This document shows positions 40,334 through 50,420 of a stretch of 64,000 nucleotides of DNA, in pieces (the stretch's first letter is position 1; each line of letters begins with the position of its first letter). A program made the translations under genes and the position numbers. The notes below the pieces were generated by a model, which saw only the letters and a list, made by a program, of their open reading frames with translations, made no database searches and was not told where the DNA came from. The stretch is from a virus, in the IMG/VR virus record IMGVR_UViG_2718218017_000006, positions 18,956 through 82,955 of that record; one strand, given 5' to 3'.

Positions 40334-40468
40334 ATATAGTAAGTTGGTTATAATGGTTAATGTCATAAGAATACTTTAAAGTCTTGCTCATTATTGTTCT
40401 AATTGGTGAAAGCCCTGGGTTTGGTCCTGGGGCTTTCTACAATTAGAACATAATGAAACCGTTAATTC

Positions 40469-40645
40469 TTAAGATAGCTTATTAAGTACTTCTGAATTTA
40501 ATACATTTAATCTATTTTGAAGATTTCTTTTATATGCGTTAGAAACTGGAGGTAAAACAAACTTTAAAAATCTATAGACTAATAAATCCAATCTAGCAAT
40601 TTTTATTTTAATTAATAGTCTAGTTGTTTCATATGAATTAAGCAT
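40469..40645 (-). pseudogene. 58-codon gene with one internal TAA
   Basis: Strong RBS then MLNSYETTRLLIK*KIARLDLLVYRFLKFVLPPVSNAYKRNLQNRL... Confidence 0.5.
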
Positions 40646-40671
40646 ACTTTCACCTCCTTAGACTTTAATAA

Positions 40672-41736
40672 TTATTTTTCATTAAATGATTTATCGTTAT
40701 CTTGAATTTTGTATAAATTACCAGTTAAGAAAAATTCATCTGGTAATTTGCTATTTTTTAACTCAGGTATACCTATCTTTTCTCCATTTAGAATTATTGA
40801 AGGATTGTTCTTAAATAGTTCACTATTTAATTTTTCTAAATCCTGTAGTTTATTCTGTAATTCAGGATCATTTAATTCTAACTTTAATTCAGCTGTTTCT
40901 TTTATTAATTTAATATATTCTCCTCGAACTTTTATATCTCCTTGTATTTTTTCTTGTCGTGCTTTCCAACTAAACTGTTCTTTGTATACTTCATAAGAAA
41001 ACTTTATGACTCCACCAACAATTGCCACCGCCGAAATATTCCCTATTAATGAGGCCAACACAGTTCCTGACTCAATCCTATTATATTTAAGCGGATATTC
41101 CTCATTTGAAATACCTGTAATTAAACATATTATATTATACATATTTTCTATAATTTTTAATGATTCTAACGTAGCATTAAATTTATTATCTTCATTTAAT
41201 AATCTTATAGAAAAGTTACTTGGTTCAGTACCTACATTAAGCGATTCCCTAATCGACTTTATATTATTTATTTCTATTATAATTTTATTATAATAATGAA
41301 TCATAGAATCTATGGTATTTATAATATTTGCATAATCTTGAGATGAATTAACATTAATACTTCTGAAATCATGAATCTTTAAATAATTTTCTTTCATATT
41401 ATTTATAAATTTATCTATTTTTAATATGTTATACACATTATTACCATTTTCATTGATTTTTTCTAATGCGATCCACATATTCATAAAATCAATTTGCATT
41501 AATTTTTGTCTAAAATTTCTATAATGACTATCTGTATTATTTTTCAAAGTTCTGATATTATTTATTTCAGGAGTTCCATTTCCAGATATATTAGATTTTA
41601 ATATAACGTTCATTGATGAATTATACCAATCTTGATGTGATTTTTTACACGTTTTTAATTTATTTATTATATCATTCATTTTTTGTATTTCTTTTTCCAT
41701 ATATTCCACATAGTCCGCAATATCATTATAATTCAA
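40672..41736 (-). CDS. AT-rich hypothetical protein (coiled coil plus one hydrophobic segment)
   Basis: 354-aa ORF with RBS; no recognised motif. Confidence 0.7.
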   Translation of the reverse strand: MNYNDIADYVEYMEKEIQKMNDIINKLKTCKKSHQDWYNSSMNVILKSNISGNGTPEINNIRTLKNNTDSHYRNFRQKLMQIDFMNMWIALEKINENGNNVYNILKIDKFINNMKENYLKIHDFRSINVNSSQDYANIINTIDSMIHYYNKIIIEINNIKSIRESLNVGTEPSNFSIRLLNEDNKFNATLESLKIIENMYNIICLITGISNEEYPLKYNRIESGTVLASLIGNISAVAIVGGVIKFSYEVYKEQFSWKARQEKIQGDIKVRGEYIKLIKETAELKLELNDPELQNKLQDLEKLNSELFKNNPSIILNGEKIGIPELKNSKLPDEFFLTGNLYKIQDNDKSFNEK

Positions 41737-42130
41737 TATAGTTCACTCCTATTATAATATTGTATTCTTAATTTAAATGTCCTATAATAGGAGTATAAAT
41801 AAGAATACATTTTGTTTTAAGAAACCATTAAGATTGGTAGTCGTCATGGTTTCTTTTTTATTGTATAGCTTTTTACCAAAAAGGACAAGTCTTGACAATA
41901 AAAATAAGACCTGCCAGAAAATCCAGCAGGCTTAAAATTATTAAAGTGTCTTTTAGCTCCAATAGGTACCTATAGTTGTAAAACACTACAAAGATAATTA
42001 AATAATAAAAAACAACGAACAAATTAAATGTATTCCTACTCCCTTTAATCTTATTGAATAAACGTAATTATATAGAGAAGAGTATTTTCTCTATATAATT
42101 ACGAGATGAAAATGTGAGGATGATCTAAGA

Positions 42131-42397
42131 ATGAACTTTGAAGAATTTATTAATAAGATTAAAAGAGCAAAACAACCCGAGGTAATAACTTTCAATAACA
42201 AACAGAAGATTATAATACATAATTATGATATATTAAAGAATGATTTAAAATATATGGACAACTCTCAGTTATATAGGTATGAATTAGTTAGAAATGCTGG
42301 ATTTAACCATAGTTTAGCTTTAGAATATGCACTACAAAAATACAGATTATTAGAAAGTTGTTTAAACGAGTCCAATCAAGCACCCTTTACATATTAG
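42131..42397 (+). CDS. Hypothetical protein
   Basis: ORF track; preceded by 17-bp inverted repeat. Confidence 0.55.
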   Translation: MNFEEFINKIKRAKQPEVITFNNKQKIIIHNYDILKNDLKYMDNSQLYRYELVRNAGFNHSLALEYALQKYRLLESCLNESNQAPFTY

Positions 42398-42582
42398 TCA
42401 AAAATATAGTGGCCTGTTAAGACCACTAATAGGGGTAATACTAGCAGCCTTGTCATGTACTGAAAAGCAAATGTAATTTTTTGTTAATCTTATATAATCG
42501 TAGACTAAAAATATGAGTTTACTATATAATAAAGGTAAGAACAAGAAAATTCTTAGCCTTATTATATGAGGAGGATTACCAT

Positions 42583-43284
42583 ATGACTCCATTTAAGAAA
42601 TGTATATCTACTAAGAGCATAATTATATTTAGTATGTTGGTAACTTTAATGACAGGATGCTCTAGCACATCTAATTCAGCAAACAACTCTTCTAATAATG
42701 CTGAAAAAGTCATTGACAGTACTAAACAAAATTCTAATACTGGAGATTCTAAATCTTCTACTAATAAACCATCTAATAGTTCTCACAATAATTCATCTAA
42801 CGTAGAAGATTCTTCCGAAGTATTTTTACCAAACATCATGCAGTTAGCTAAGCAGGGAAAGGTTATCAACTGTGAATTCGCTGATAAGATAAATGTTATT
42901 GAAGATGTCGAGGAAAAATGGGGAGAACCTGATAAAACCGATTGGGTTCCTGCAGCTAAGGGAAATTATGCTACGTATTCAGAGCACAATATAGTTTTTG
43001 GATTTAATAAAGGCTCTCGAATATTTGAAGTGAGATCCTTTGACAGTGGAATAAAGAAAATAACTTTATCTAAGGTAAAAGAGGTATTTGGAACTCCGGC
43101 ATATGATGTTAAATCCAATGGTGAAGAAATAATTGGCTATGTAGCAACAAAAGAGTTTAAAATATTATTTGTATTTCCCCAGTCCGAAAGCAATAACAAA
43201 GATCCTTTACTAGATCATTATTCAGTTCTTTATCCTCAAGGAACTGTTAACTCAATGGCAGATGATCCAGGAAGGCAATGGTAA
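42583..43284 (+). CDS. YjgB/DUF4309-like lipoprotein
   Basis: Lipobox MTGC, Ser/Asn linker, LAKQGKVINCEF, WGEPDK, DHYSVLYP. Confidence 0.7.
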   Translation: MTPFKKCISTKSIIIFSMLVTLMTGCSSTSNSANNSSNNAEKVIDSTKQNSNTGDSKSSTNKPSNSSHNNSSNVEDSSEVFLPNIMQLAKQGKVINCEFADKINVIEDVEEKWGEPDKTDWVPAAKGNYATYSEHNIVFGFNKGSRIFEVRSFDSGIKKITLSKVKEVFGTPAYDVKSNGEEIIGYVATKEFKILFVFPQSESNNKDPLLDHYSVLYPQGTVNSMADDPGRQW

Positions 43285-43404
43285 ATCAGGAATAAGGACT
43301 GGTAAGTGGGTCTAACACCAGCAGTTGTGTTATGAATAACTACTATACTCATAAATTATCTTTATATGGTACATGATAAGGCTGCTGGTGTTACCACTAA
43401 TAGA

Positions 43405-43839
43405 TTAATTCTGTGCTGCTTCAGGGATAGTATTTTCTGCTGCTTTATCCTCTGCAACTGCTGTATTTGTTACATTGGTAACTTGTATAGGTGTCAATAT
43501 TTCTTGTCCTATTTTGATAGCACTATTGCATACCTCTTTATTTATGGCATCCAGTTCATTCTGTGTAAGTCCTGGTATTATTTCAAGCAGCCTTTTCTCC
43601 ATTTCTGATCTTTTGGCATCTCCTGCCTTAACTAAATCTTTAAATTCATCTTCCAGCACATAGTACAACCCCTTAGCAACACTAAGAGCACGATTGTAAT
43701 TGTCTGCTCCTTTTTTCGCTGCAAGAGCTTGTTTCTGTACCTCTATTGCATCTGCAACTTTCTTTAACACAAAAGTACCTATAATCCCAAACACCCCTAT
43801 AATAAACTGTACTCCCATGCTTAATATCTGTTCTTTCAT
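43405..43839 (-). CDS. Holin-like protein (single N-terminal TM)
   Basis: Directly downstream of endolysin; N-terminal TM then helical domain. Confidence 0.6.
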   Translation of the reverse strand: MKEQILSMGVQFIIGVFGIIGTFVLKKVADAIEVQKQALAAKKGADNYNRALSVAKGLYYVLEDEFKDLVKAGDAKRSEMEKRLLEIIPGLTQNELDAINKEVCNSAIKIGQEILTPIQVTNVTNTAVAEDKAAENTIPEAAQN

Positions 43840-43888
43840 CTCTCATTCCTCCATAATTTATAATTTAAAAAGAGAGCCTTTCAGCTCC

Positions 43889-44710
43889 CTAATTATTCAA
43901 AAATATACTCCATGTCTCTGGCCTCAAAACCCCATCCGTTGACCTCTCCCAGTTCTTCTGGAGTTCAGTTACTGCTTGGAAAGTTGGTTCGTCATACAAC
44001 ATTTGAGTATAGGAATTTTCTTTTAGATAGCCATATTGTTCTAGTTTCTGTTGAAGCCATAAAACTACATTGGACTTGTGGCCTTTAACAATAATATCCT
44101 GTATTCCTTTCAATGCTGCCATAGTAGCCGGACCTGCTATTCCATCTACAGCTAACCCTGCATTATAATCAATATTCAAGTTGTATTGAAGGGCTTTAAT
44201 TTGCTCTATAAGTGTATTTGGTTTTACTGGTTCATTTGTACCACTTGCTAATCTTGCCTTAAAATCATTCCACTTAGCCCAGTTATTAGCACTCATATTA
44301 TGTGGACAGTCTTTCCTGCTTGCATCATAATGTCTTACTACATTATTAATAGAAACACTATATTTACTCATTAAACTTCTTACAAGCTCCAGAGTATTAT
44401 TTATGGTTGTATCGGAAATATACCCACCAGAATTGCACATTTCAATACCTATGGAATTATGATTTCCTATGCCATATTTGTCGTGGCCATCCCCGCAGTG
44501 CCATGCTGCTTGATTTTCCTCCACAACCTGATATATGGAAGTATCATCCACAAAATAATGTGCAGAAGCCTGTCTATCCCCTCCATTGAAATAAGTAGCA
44601 TTTGCCAGAGCTGTATCCTTATAATTTCCTGTGTCATGCATAACTATAAACTTAATGTCATTCCCTGCTGAATGGTTGTAAGGTGATATTTTTCTTGTGA
44701 TTGGTAACAT
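43889..44710 (-). CDS. Endolysin, N-acetylmuramoyl-L-alanine amidase with peptidoglycan-binding domains
   Basis: IVMHDTG, ASAHYFVD, AWHCGDG, SIGIEMC, RHYDASRKDCP; VDGIAGPAT. Confidence 0.95.
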   Translation of the reverse strand: MLPITRKISPYNHSAGNDIKFIVMHDTGNYKDTALANATYFNGGDRQASAHYFVDDTSIYQVVEENQAAWHCGDGHDKYGIGNHNSIGIEMCNSGGYISDTTINNTLELVRSLMSKYSVSINNVVRHYDASRKDCPHNMSANNWAKWNDFKARLASGTNEPVKPNTLIEQIKALQYNLNIDYNAGLAVDGIAGPATMAALKGIQDIIVKGHKSNVVLWLQQKLEQYGYLKENSYTQMLYDEPTFQAVTELQKNWERSTDGVLRPETWSIFLNN

Positions 44711-44722
44711 ATTACCTGCCTC

Positions 44723-44977
44723 CTATTTTTTTAATAAAATTCCTATAACAAAAATAGAGACTGTGACAAATATGCCAAGTCCCCATTTAATTGTTGATAT
44801 GAAATCATCCATCTTTTTTATTAAATTCCTAATTTCCGTTCTATTCTCAGTCTCGTTTCGTTCAAGCTCATCCAATCTATCAGAGTGGTTATCTAACCTC
44901 TTATCATGCGTTCCTAGTTTTTCTTTTATTTGTTCATGCTTCTCTTCACACAATTTCCCATCATAGCATTCACTCAT
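44723..44977 (-). CDS. XhlA-like holin/hemolysin
   Basis: Coiled coil HDKRLDNHSDRLDELE plus C-terminal TM. Confidence 0.8.
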   Translation of the reverse strand: MSECYDGKLCEEKHEQIKEKLGTHDKRLDNHSDRLDELERNETENRTEIRNLIKKMDDFISTIKWGLGIFVTVSIFVIGILLKK

Positions 44978-45064
44978 ATAGCACCTCCTGTAAGTATTTT
45001 TAAATACTAAAAAAGAGCCCTGGATTTCTCCAAAACTCTATAGGCTCAATAGAATCTGCTTAAT

Positions 45065-45892
45065 TCATCTTTTGATATCATAATATTCTATAGTTTTATC
45101 ATTTATCCTAGTTGCAATACTTATCCTATTAAACTCAACTTCATTTTCTGATATAGTTTTCAATTCTATATTTTCTACTGAAACTATTTTTAATTTTTTA
45201 TCAACTGCTTCTGGTTTCACTGCTAAGTTTTTATTTCTATTTAACGCAACAGATGGATATTCGTATGCCTCACATCCCGGCATATCGAAAAAATTTTTCG
45301 CGAGCATATTAGAAATTCTATATAAATATTCTATACCTTTACCAACATCTCTAGTGAACTCTGTATAGAAAAATTGATCTATTATTGTACTATTTATTTT
45401 CCCTTGTTCATTTAAAGACGTATCATTTGGATTTGTTCCTCCACCAATAACATATGCTAATAGCTTTAACCCTTCACGTACTTCATAACAAATAGCAGTG
45501 TATTTGCCTCCCACTTTTGCCTTTACCTCATAAAAAGGAGTTATTTGGTCATTTGAGACATATAACATACTTTCTCCAACGTCATTTAACCTACCCATTT
45601 TAGTAACAAGGTGTTTGGGTTTATAACTAAGTTCATTTATATTTTCATAGTTTTTTCCAAAATATTCTCTTACCCTATAAAATTTAGAACCAGATATATA
45701 AGAACGGCTACCCACATTACAACACGGTATTGTTTCTAAGGTTAGATTAAACAATTTTTTATTTGATATTCTCTTTAAATCTATTTTTTTATATCTTTCC
45801 AGCATAGATAATATTTCCATAGTAGGAATAGTGTTTAATGGATTATGTTTTTTTCTAAATTCTAAAATTAAATTTTCTATATGATCTTTCAT
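45065..45892 (-). CDS. RES-domain protein
   Basis: FYRVR, GRLNDVGESMLYVS, FYEV, YPSVA...NLA. Confidence 0.75.
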   Translation of the reverse strand: MKDHIENLILEFRKKHNPLNTIPTMEILSMLERYKKIDLKRISNKKLFNLTLETIPCCNVGSRSYISGSKFYRVREYFGKNYENINELSYKPKHLVTKMGRLNDVGESMLYVSNDQITPFYEVKAKVGGKYTAICYEVREGLKLLAYVIGGGTNPNDTSLNEQGKINSTIIDQFFYTEFTRDVGKGIEYLYRISNMLAKNFFDMPGCEAYEYPSVALNRNKNLAVKPEAVDKKLKIVSVENIELKTISENEVEFNRISIATRINDKTIEYYDIKR

Positions 45893-45959
45893 ATTAACTC
45901 CCTAGAATTATAATTTAATATTATAGTTCTACTAATTCTACAAAATATTAAAAAATCCT

Positions 45960-46148
45960 CTATTCTTCCTCAATATAATATCTATTACCATTCCATTCAT
46001 CACTTTTCTTTATGTCTTTAATTCTATTAAATATCATAAATTCTCCACTATCGGTAAAACCACTATTAATATATATTTCTTCATCTTCTAAATTCATTTC
46101 TTTTATTAACTTAATTATTTCTCCACCTGTCATATCATCACTTCCCAA
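45960..46148 (-). CDS. Small acidic protein upstream of RES gene
   Basis: ORF track. Confidence 0.5.
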   Translation of the reverse strand: MGSDDMTGGEIIKLIKEMNLEDEEIYINSGFTDSGEFMIFNRIKDIKKSDEWNGNRYYIEEE

Positions 46149-46467
46149 TTATATTTTATCTATAAATGAATCTTACTAAAAGATATAAAAACAAAAACCT
46201 CCCCTATAGTTATTTTTAAACACTAAAAAAGAGCCTTAAATTCTTCTAAAGCTCTTATACTTTTTCCGTTGTCAAATTCATATATTTTTCACCTCTACGT
46301 TGCTTTAATATTTACGTAACATTAAGATTTTTGGATATAAAAAAGACTTAAATTAATAAGCATTTACGTCGCATAAGTTTTCAATTACAACCTAATAGTA
46401 CCATATTTTCCAGCCAAAATAAAAAAAGCTATCCCTAGCTCCTGTTTTGCCTTGTAGTTTATAAAGA

Positions 46468-46605
46468 CTATGCTATATAGTCCTGCCCTGTAATTTCTTT
46501 AAATTGGTCTGCTGTTAAGTCCCCGATCTGCACTGCTATTTTTAAATCGTCTATAATCAATGCTCCAGTCTTATAAAACATATTATAAAAGTCATAGCTT
46601 AACAC
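46468..46605 (-). CDS. xkdX: XkdX-like small tail protein (absent from ORF track)
   Basis: GTG start; ...GDLTADQFKEITGQDYIA. Confidence 0.75.
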   Translation of the reverse strand: MLSYDFYNMFYKTGALIIDDLKIAVQIGDLTADQFKEITGQDYIA

Positions 46606-46606
46606 T

Positions 46607-46969
46607 TTATTCGCCTCCTAAATTCAATGATTTAAGCGCATCTAAAATAGCCCTTACCAAATCTGCATTCTTATTATCATTAGTAAAGGCTATATTGAAA
46701 TTAAAGAGTGTTTTTGCAAGCATTGTTGCCTGTTCATCCGCTGTTATAGGTATAGGTGTAAGTTCATCAAACACCACTGCTTTTGTTGCAACATCTACAT
46801 GATATTTAATTACTCTACTAAATTCATCCTTATAAGCTCCATATTCTAAGTCTATATAAGTAATTCCATTCCAGACAGGTCTTTCTTCTGTAGCATCTGT
46901 CTGTTCTCCTGTGTCTAAGATTACTTTCCCTGTCTGATTATCATATACTATACGTCTTCCTAAATTCAT
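46607..46969 (-). CDS. Putative tail-fibre assembly protein
   Basis: GRRIVYDNQTGKVI; directly after fibre gene. Confidence 0.6.
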   Translation of the reverse strand: MNLGRRIVYDNQTGKVILDTGEQTDATEERPVWNGITYIDLEYGAYKDEFSRVIKYHVDVATKAVVFDELTPIPITADEQATMLAKTLFNFNIAFTNDNKNADLVRAILDALKSLNLGGE

Positions 46970-46979
46970 TTTTATCCTC

Positions 46980-49900
46980 CTATGCTATTGTAAGTGGACT
47001 TACTAAGTCTGTTGATACTTTGATGTTTTTTATATAGGCATTATAATCTTCATTATAAGACTTTATAAGAAATTCAAATACATCTCCTTGACTACAAGTT
47101 ACATCTATAGTTTCCGTTGTCCATGAAGTCGAATTGTATGAATTGCTAGTTACAAGACTACCGTTTTTATCTACTTCATATCCCAGGGATGCGCTGCCAC
47201 CACAGCGTAGATCAAATGATATTCGTATTTTCCCTTTTATGTTTGTAGTTATTGTTTTACCGACTTTTACTCTTGTATATGAAGTAGTATTATATTGCTG
47301 TGAATCCAAAAATAATACATTAGAATCTCCTGCTGTTAATTCGTATGGCTTTAATGTACCTATTTTCCCGAACATGCCAACATCTTCTCTTATATTTTCA
47401 GGCTTTAAATTTGCATCGCCCTTAACTATACCACTACCATTATGGTAACCATTAGAAATAGTCTGGTCTGTTGTTCCTGGTGTTAATGTTACAACTCCCC
47501 TATTTGGCATAGTTCCTGTAGTTTTAACGCCATTTATATAAACAGTCTTAGTAGATAATACATCTCCTGCTACCCCGGTAGCATCTGCTGTATCTACGAC
47601 TGAAGTTTTTCCCGCCACTCCAAATATATTAGCTTCCGCCTTTATATTTGCACTAACTAAATCTGCATCCCCTTTTATAGTAATCGGACCATCATAAATT
47701 CCTGCTGCTTTCACAATATCAGAAGTTCCCGGCGTAACTGTTTGTGGTCCTGTTGCTTGTACTGCTAAACCTCCAGTTATTGCAGCGCCATTCACAAAAC
47801 CTTTTTTTCCACTTCTGACGGTATTTGTTGCTATAGGATTTGTAGATTCTGTTGTTTCTATTACAGTAGATTTCCCGGCAACATTAAAGATACTAGCATT
47901 TGCTTTTATATTCGCACTTATCAAGGCGGCATCCCCTAAAATTGTTTGTACTCCATCTAAATATTGTCCAGAAGCAATTGTTTGATTACTTGTTCCAGGT
48001 GTATATGTCTGAGCAGATTTTGAAGGAATTGTTCCAGTTATTTGTCCAGCATCTACAGTCGCAGTTTTTCCACTTAATAAATCTCCTGCTACCGCATTTC
48101 CACCACCTCCTTTACCCTGTAAGATAAAAGAATCCGAACTACTTTCGTAGACTAAGTTGGCTGGTAAATTTGCCCTTACATTTGTGACATCATTTCCAAA
48201 ATAGTCTTTTACTGCTTTTGCACCAGTACCCCCTACATTTACAGTAATAGCTCCAGTGCTTGCAGCATTAAATTTTACTACTAATAATTGTCCATCTTGT
48301 AAAGTGAACCCTGTTGGAGCTGTTAAGGTATAAGCATTACCCGAATTGGTAGTTGTACCTAAACTTAAAATTTTATTATCTGAATAAGTCTTATTATCTT
48401 CAACAGAAGGTTTCCAATCTGTTATCATTGTACCAGTTTCCACTTGGGCATTTGCTACATAAAAAGTTACTGTACTTCCACTGGTGTCCCAACTAAAAAT
48501 TGATAATATATTATTTGCTCCAGGATTTTTATTTTGAATAAAATAATATCTCGTCCATTCTGTAGTAAGAGTTATAGTTTGTCGATTATTATCCAAGCCA
48601 AAAGCTATCGTCAAAGGGGCATCTGCTTTTAACCACGCAGAATAGACATAAGTTCCTGCGTCATTTTTAATAGCACTAGGAGATCTATTATAAATACCGC
48701 CGCCTTGAACGGAAGTAACTATTTTACAACACTTACTGAATTTTTCATCTGAAATTATAGATAATGTTGCAGTATTATTTTTAGTCCATGAATTTAATCC
48801 ATTATCAAAACTTCCATTAGATAATAAATTTATTCCTCCTTGTTCTTCGCGCGTGATGACTTTTTCATTGTTATACACTAGATTAGGCAATTTATTTACT
48901 GTAGTATCAAATTCTAAAGAATCATATATCTCTTGATTTAACACTGTAGATGTATCTGTAGCATAATAATCTAAACCAAATATATTAAAATTTGAAGATC
49001 CCATAAATTCTATAGTGGATGAAGGTGCTGCCATAAAATAAAATTCAACTCCACCATATTTTTTCCCATTATACGTGAAAGTGCATGGACGTAAATTTAC
49101 TATATTATTCCCCAATCCTAAACCAAAATAACTCATATTGGAGGTATTATATTTTTTTTCAGCTCCTACATATAAAGAATTTATTTCTGCCCCCAGTGTT
49201 CCATTATATCTATGAAAACTGATTATTCCTGAACTATAAGAATCCAAATTCGGATTATCATTAGTAACTTCACATAATGCTATAACGGATTTTCTATAAC
49301 TCGTAAGTTGAAGCTGTCCTGTCAAAATAACTCTTTTTGTTTTAGTATCAGGATCAAAATTACCATCATGCCATAATTTTCTCCAAGGCTGCCAAGTTGT
49401 AAAATTTGTATCTGTGCCTCCCCCTTTAGCCCCTTGCCTCATGTAATATTCATTGTTAGAATATCCTGTGATAATTTGGAATGCAGTATCAACTCCTCGG
49501 GATACAATTAATTGTCCGTAACCAACATTTGAATTTGGGGGTAAATTAGTATAATTAGGTGACGTAGCATCAAGTCTATAAAAACCAGATGTAACGACTG
49601 TATTTAGGTCTGTTCCAGAAGGTAATACAATATATTTACTCACCGCATCTGTTACTCCGTACCCTGCTAATGTAGTTGGTTTACCAGATGCTATCTTTGA
49701 CCAATCAAGGTTAGGTATATCCGAAGCACTTAAATTAGTTGCAGAAATAACCCTGCCTTTTGCATCTATAGTAAGTTTAGTATAAGTTCCTGCTGTCGCT
49801 CCACTGTTAGCTAGTACCACAGTTATACTCTTATTGGCAGAACCATCAAAAGGAGTAGAACCTGTGGCATCTCCTATTAATGATATAGTTCTCGCTGTAG

Positions 49901-50405
49901 CCAATTTATTTGCCGTAGACGCATTACCTCCATCAGCTGGCATAGAAGTTGGAAAATCCGTTATCTGTGATTTTGTATGAGTATGGACCTTTGGTGCCTG
50001 AGCATTTACACCACTTGCATCTAAGGTAGCTACCCCATTATTAGTTCCCATTTCAGTTCTTTTTACCTGTGCATCATTTGTTACATTTCCCAGTCCTACA
50101 TCACTCTTTGTAGTTCCATGAGGATTGGTACCACTTCCAGGATGAGTGTAAACTGTTTTTTCTGTTCCATTTATTTTTATGTTTCCATTAGTACTAGACT
50201 GCTCTACTTTATTTGCTCCTGTACTTATGCCATCAAGCTTTACTTTATCTTCTTTAGCCATTCTTCCATCTTGTGTAGAAGATGCTTTTTTTACTATTTC
50301 CAGATCAACAGCAGCATTATCATCCACAAAATCCTGCCTCTTGGGATATTCATTTCCCTGCCATTGGTTTAATCCTATATTTGGTGTTTTGTTAGCACTA
50401 GGCAT
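46980..50405 (-). CDS. Tail fibre/receptor-binding protein, multi-module
   Basis: KTPNIGLNQW N-terminus, pyocin-knob-like segment, CBM-like segment, three TPGT...GDA repeats. Confidence 0.85.
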   Translation of the reverse strand: MPSANKTPNIGLNQWQGNEYPKRQDFVDDNAAVDLEIVKKASSTQDGRMAKEDKVKLDGISTGANKVEQSSTNGNIKINGTEKTVYTHPGSGTNPHGTTKSDVGLGNVTNDAQVKRTEMGTNNGVATLDASGVNAQAPKVHTHTKSQITDFPTSMPADGGNASTANKLATARTISLIGDATGSTPFDGSANKSITVVLANSGATAGTYTKLTIDAKGRVISATNLSASDIPNLDWSKIASGKPTTLAGYGVTDAVSKYIVLPSGTDLNTVVTSGFYRLDATSPNYTNLPPNSNVGYGQLIVSRGVDTAFQIITGYSNNEYYMRQGAKGGGTDTNFTTWQPWRKLWHDGNFDPDTKTKRVILTGQLQLTSYRKSVIALCEVTNDNPNLDSYSSGIISFHRYNGTLGAEINSLYVGAEKKYNTSNMSYFGLGLGNNIVNLRPCTFTYNGKKYGGVEFYFMAAPSSTIEFMGSSNFNIFGLDYYATDTSTVLNQEIYDSLEFDTTVNKLPNLVYNNEKVITREEQGGINLLSNGSFDNGLNSWTKNNTATLSIISDEKFSKCCKIVTSVQGGGIYNRSPSAIKNDAGTYVYSAWLKADAPLTIAFGLDNNRQTITLTTEWTRYYFIQNKNPGANNILSIFSWDTSGSTVTFYVANAQVETGTMITDWKPSVEDNKTYSDNKILSLGTTTNSGNAYTLTAPTGFTLQDGQLLVVKFNAASTGAITVNVGGTGAKAVKDYFGNDVTNVRANLPANLVYESSSDSFILQGKGGGGNAVAGDLLSGKTATVDAGQITGTIPSKSAQTYTPGTSNQTIASGQYLDGVQTILGDAALISANIKANASIFNVAGKSTVIETTESTNPIATNTVRSGKKGFVNGAAITGGLAVQATGPQTVTPGTSDIVKAAGIYDGPITIKGDADLVSANIKAEANIFGVAGKTSVVDTADATGVAGDVLSTKTVYINGVKTTGTMPNRGVVTLTPGTTDQTISNGYHNGSGIVKGDANLKPENIREDVGMFGKIGTLKPYELTAGDSNVLFLDSQQYNTTSYTRVKVGKTITTNIKGKIRISFDLRCGGSASLGYEVDKNGSLVTSNSYNSTSWTTETIDVTCSQGDVFEFLIKSYNEDYNAYIKNIKVSTDLVSPLTIA

Positions 50406-50420
50406 TTTTCATTCACTCCC

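Noticed and set aside
46980-50405. Diversity-generating retroelement or invertible tail-fibre switch
   Set aside because: No reverse transcriptase, template/variable repeat pair or small invertase in the window
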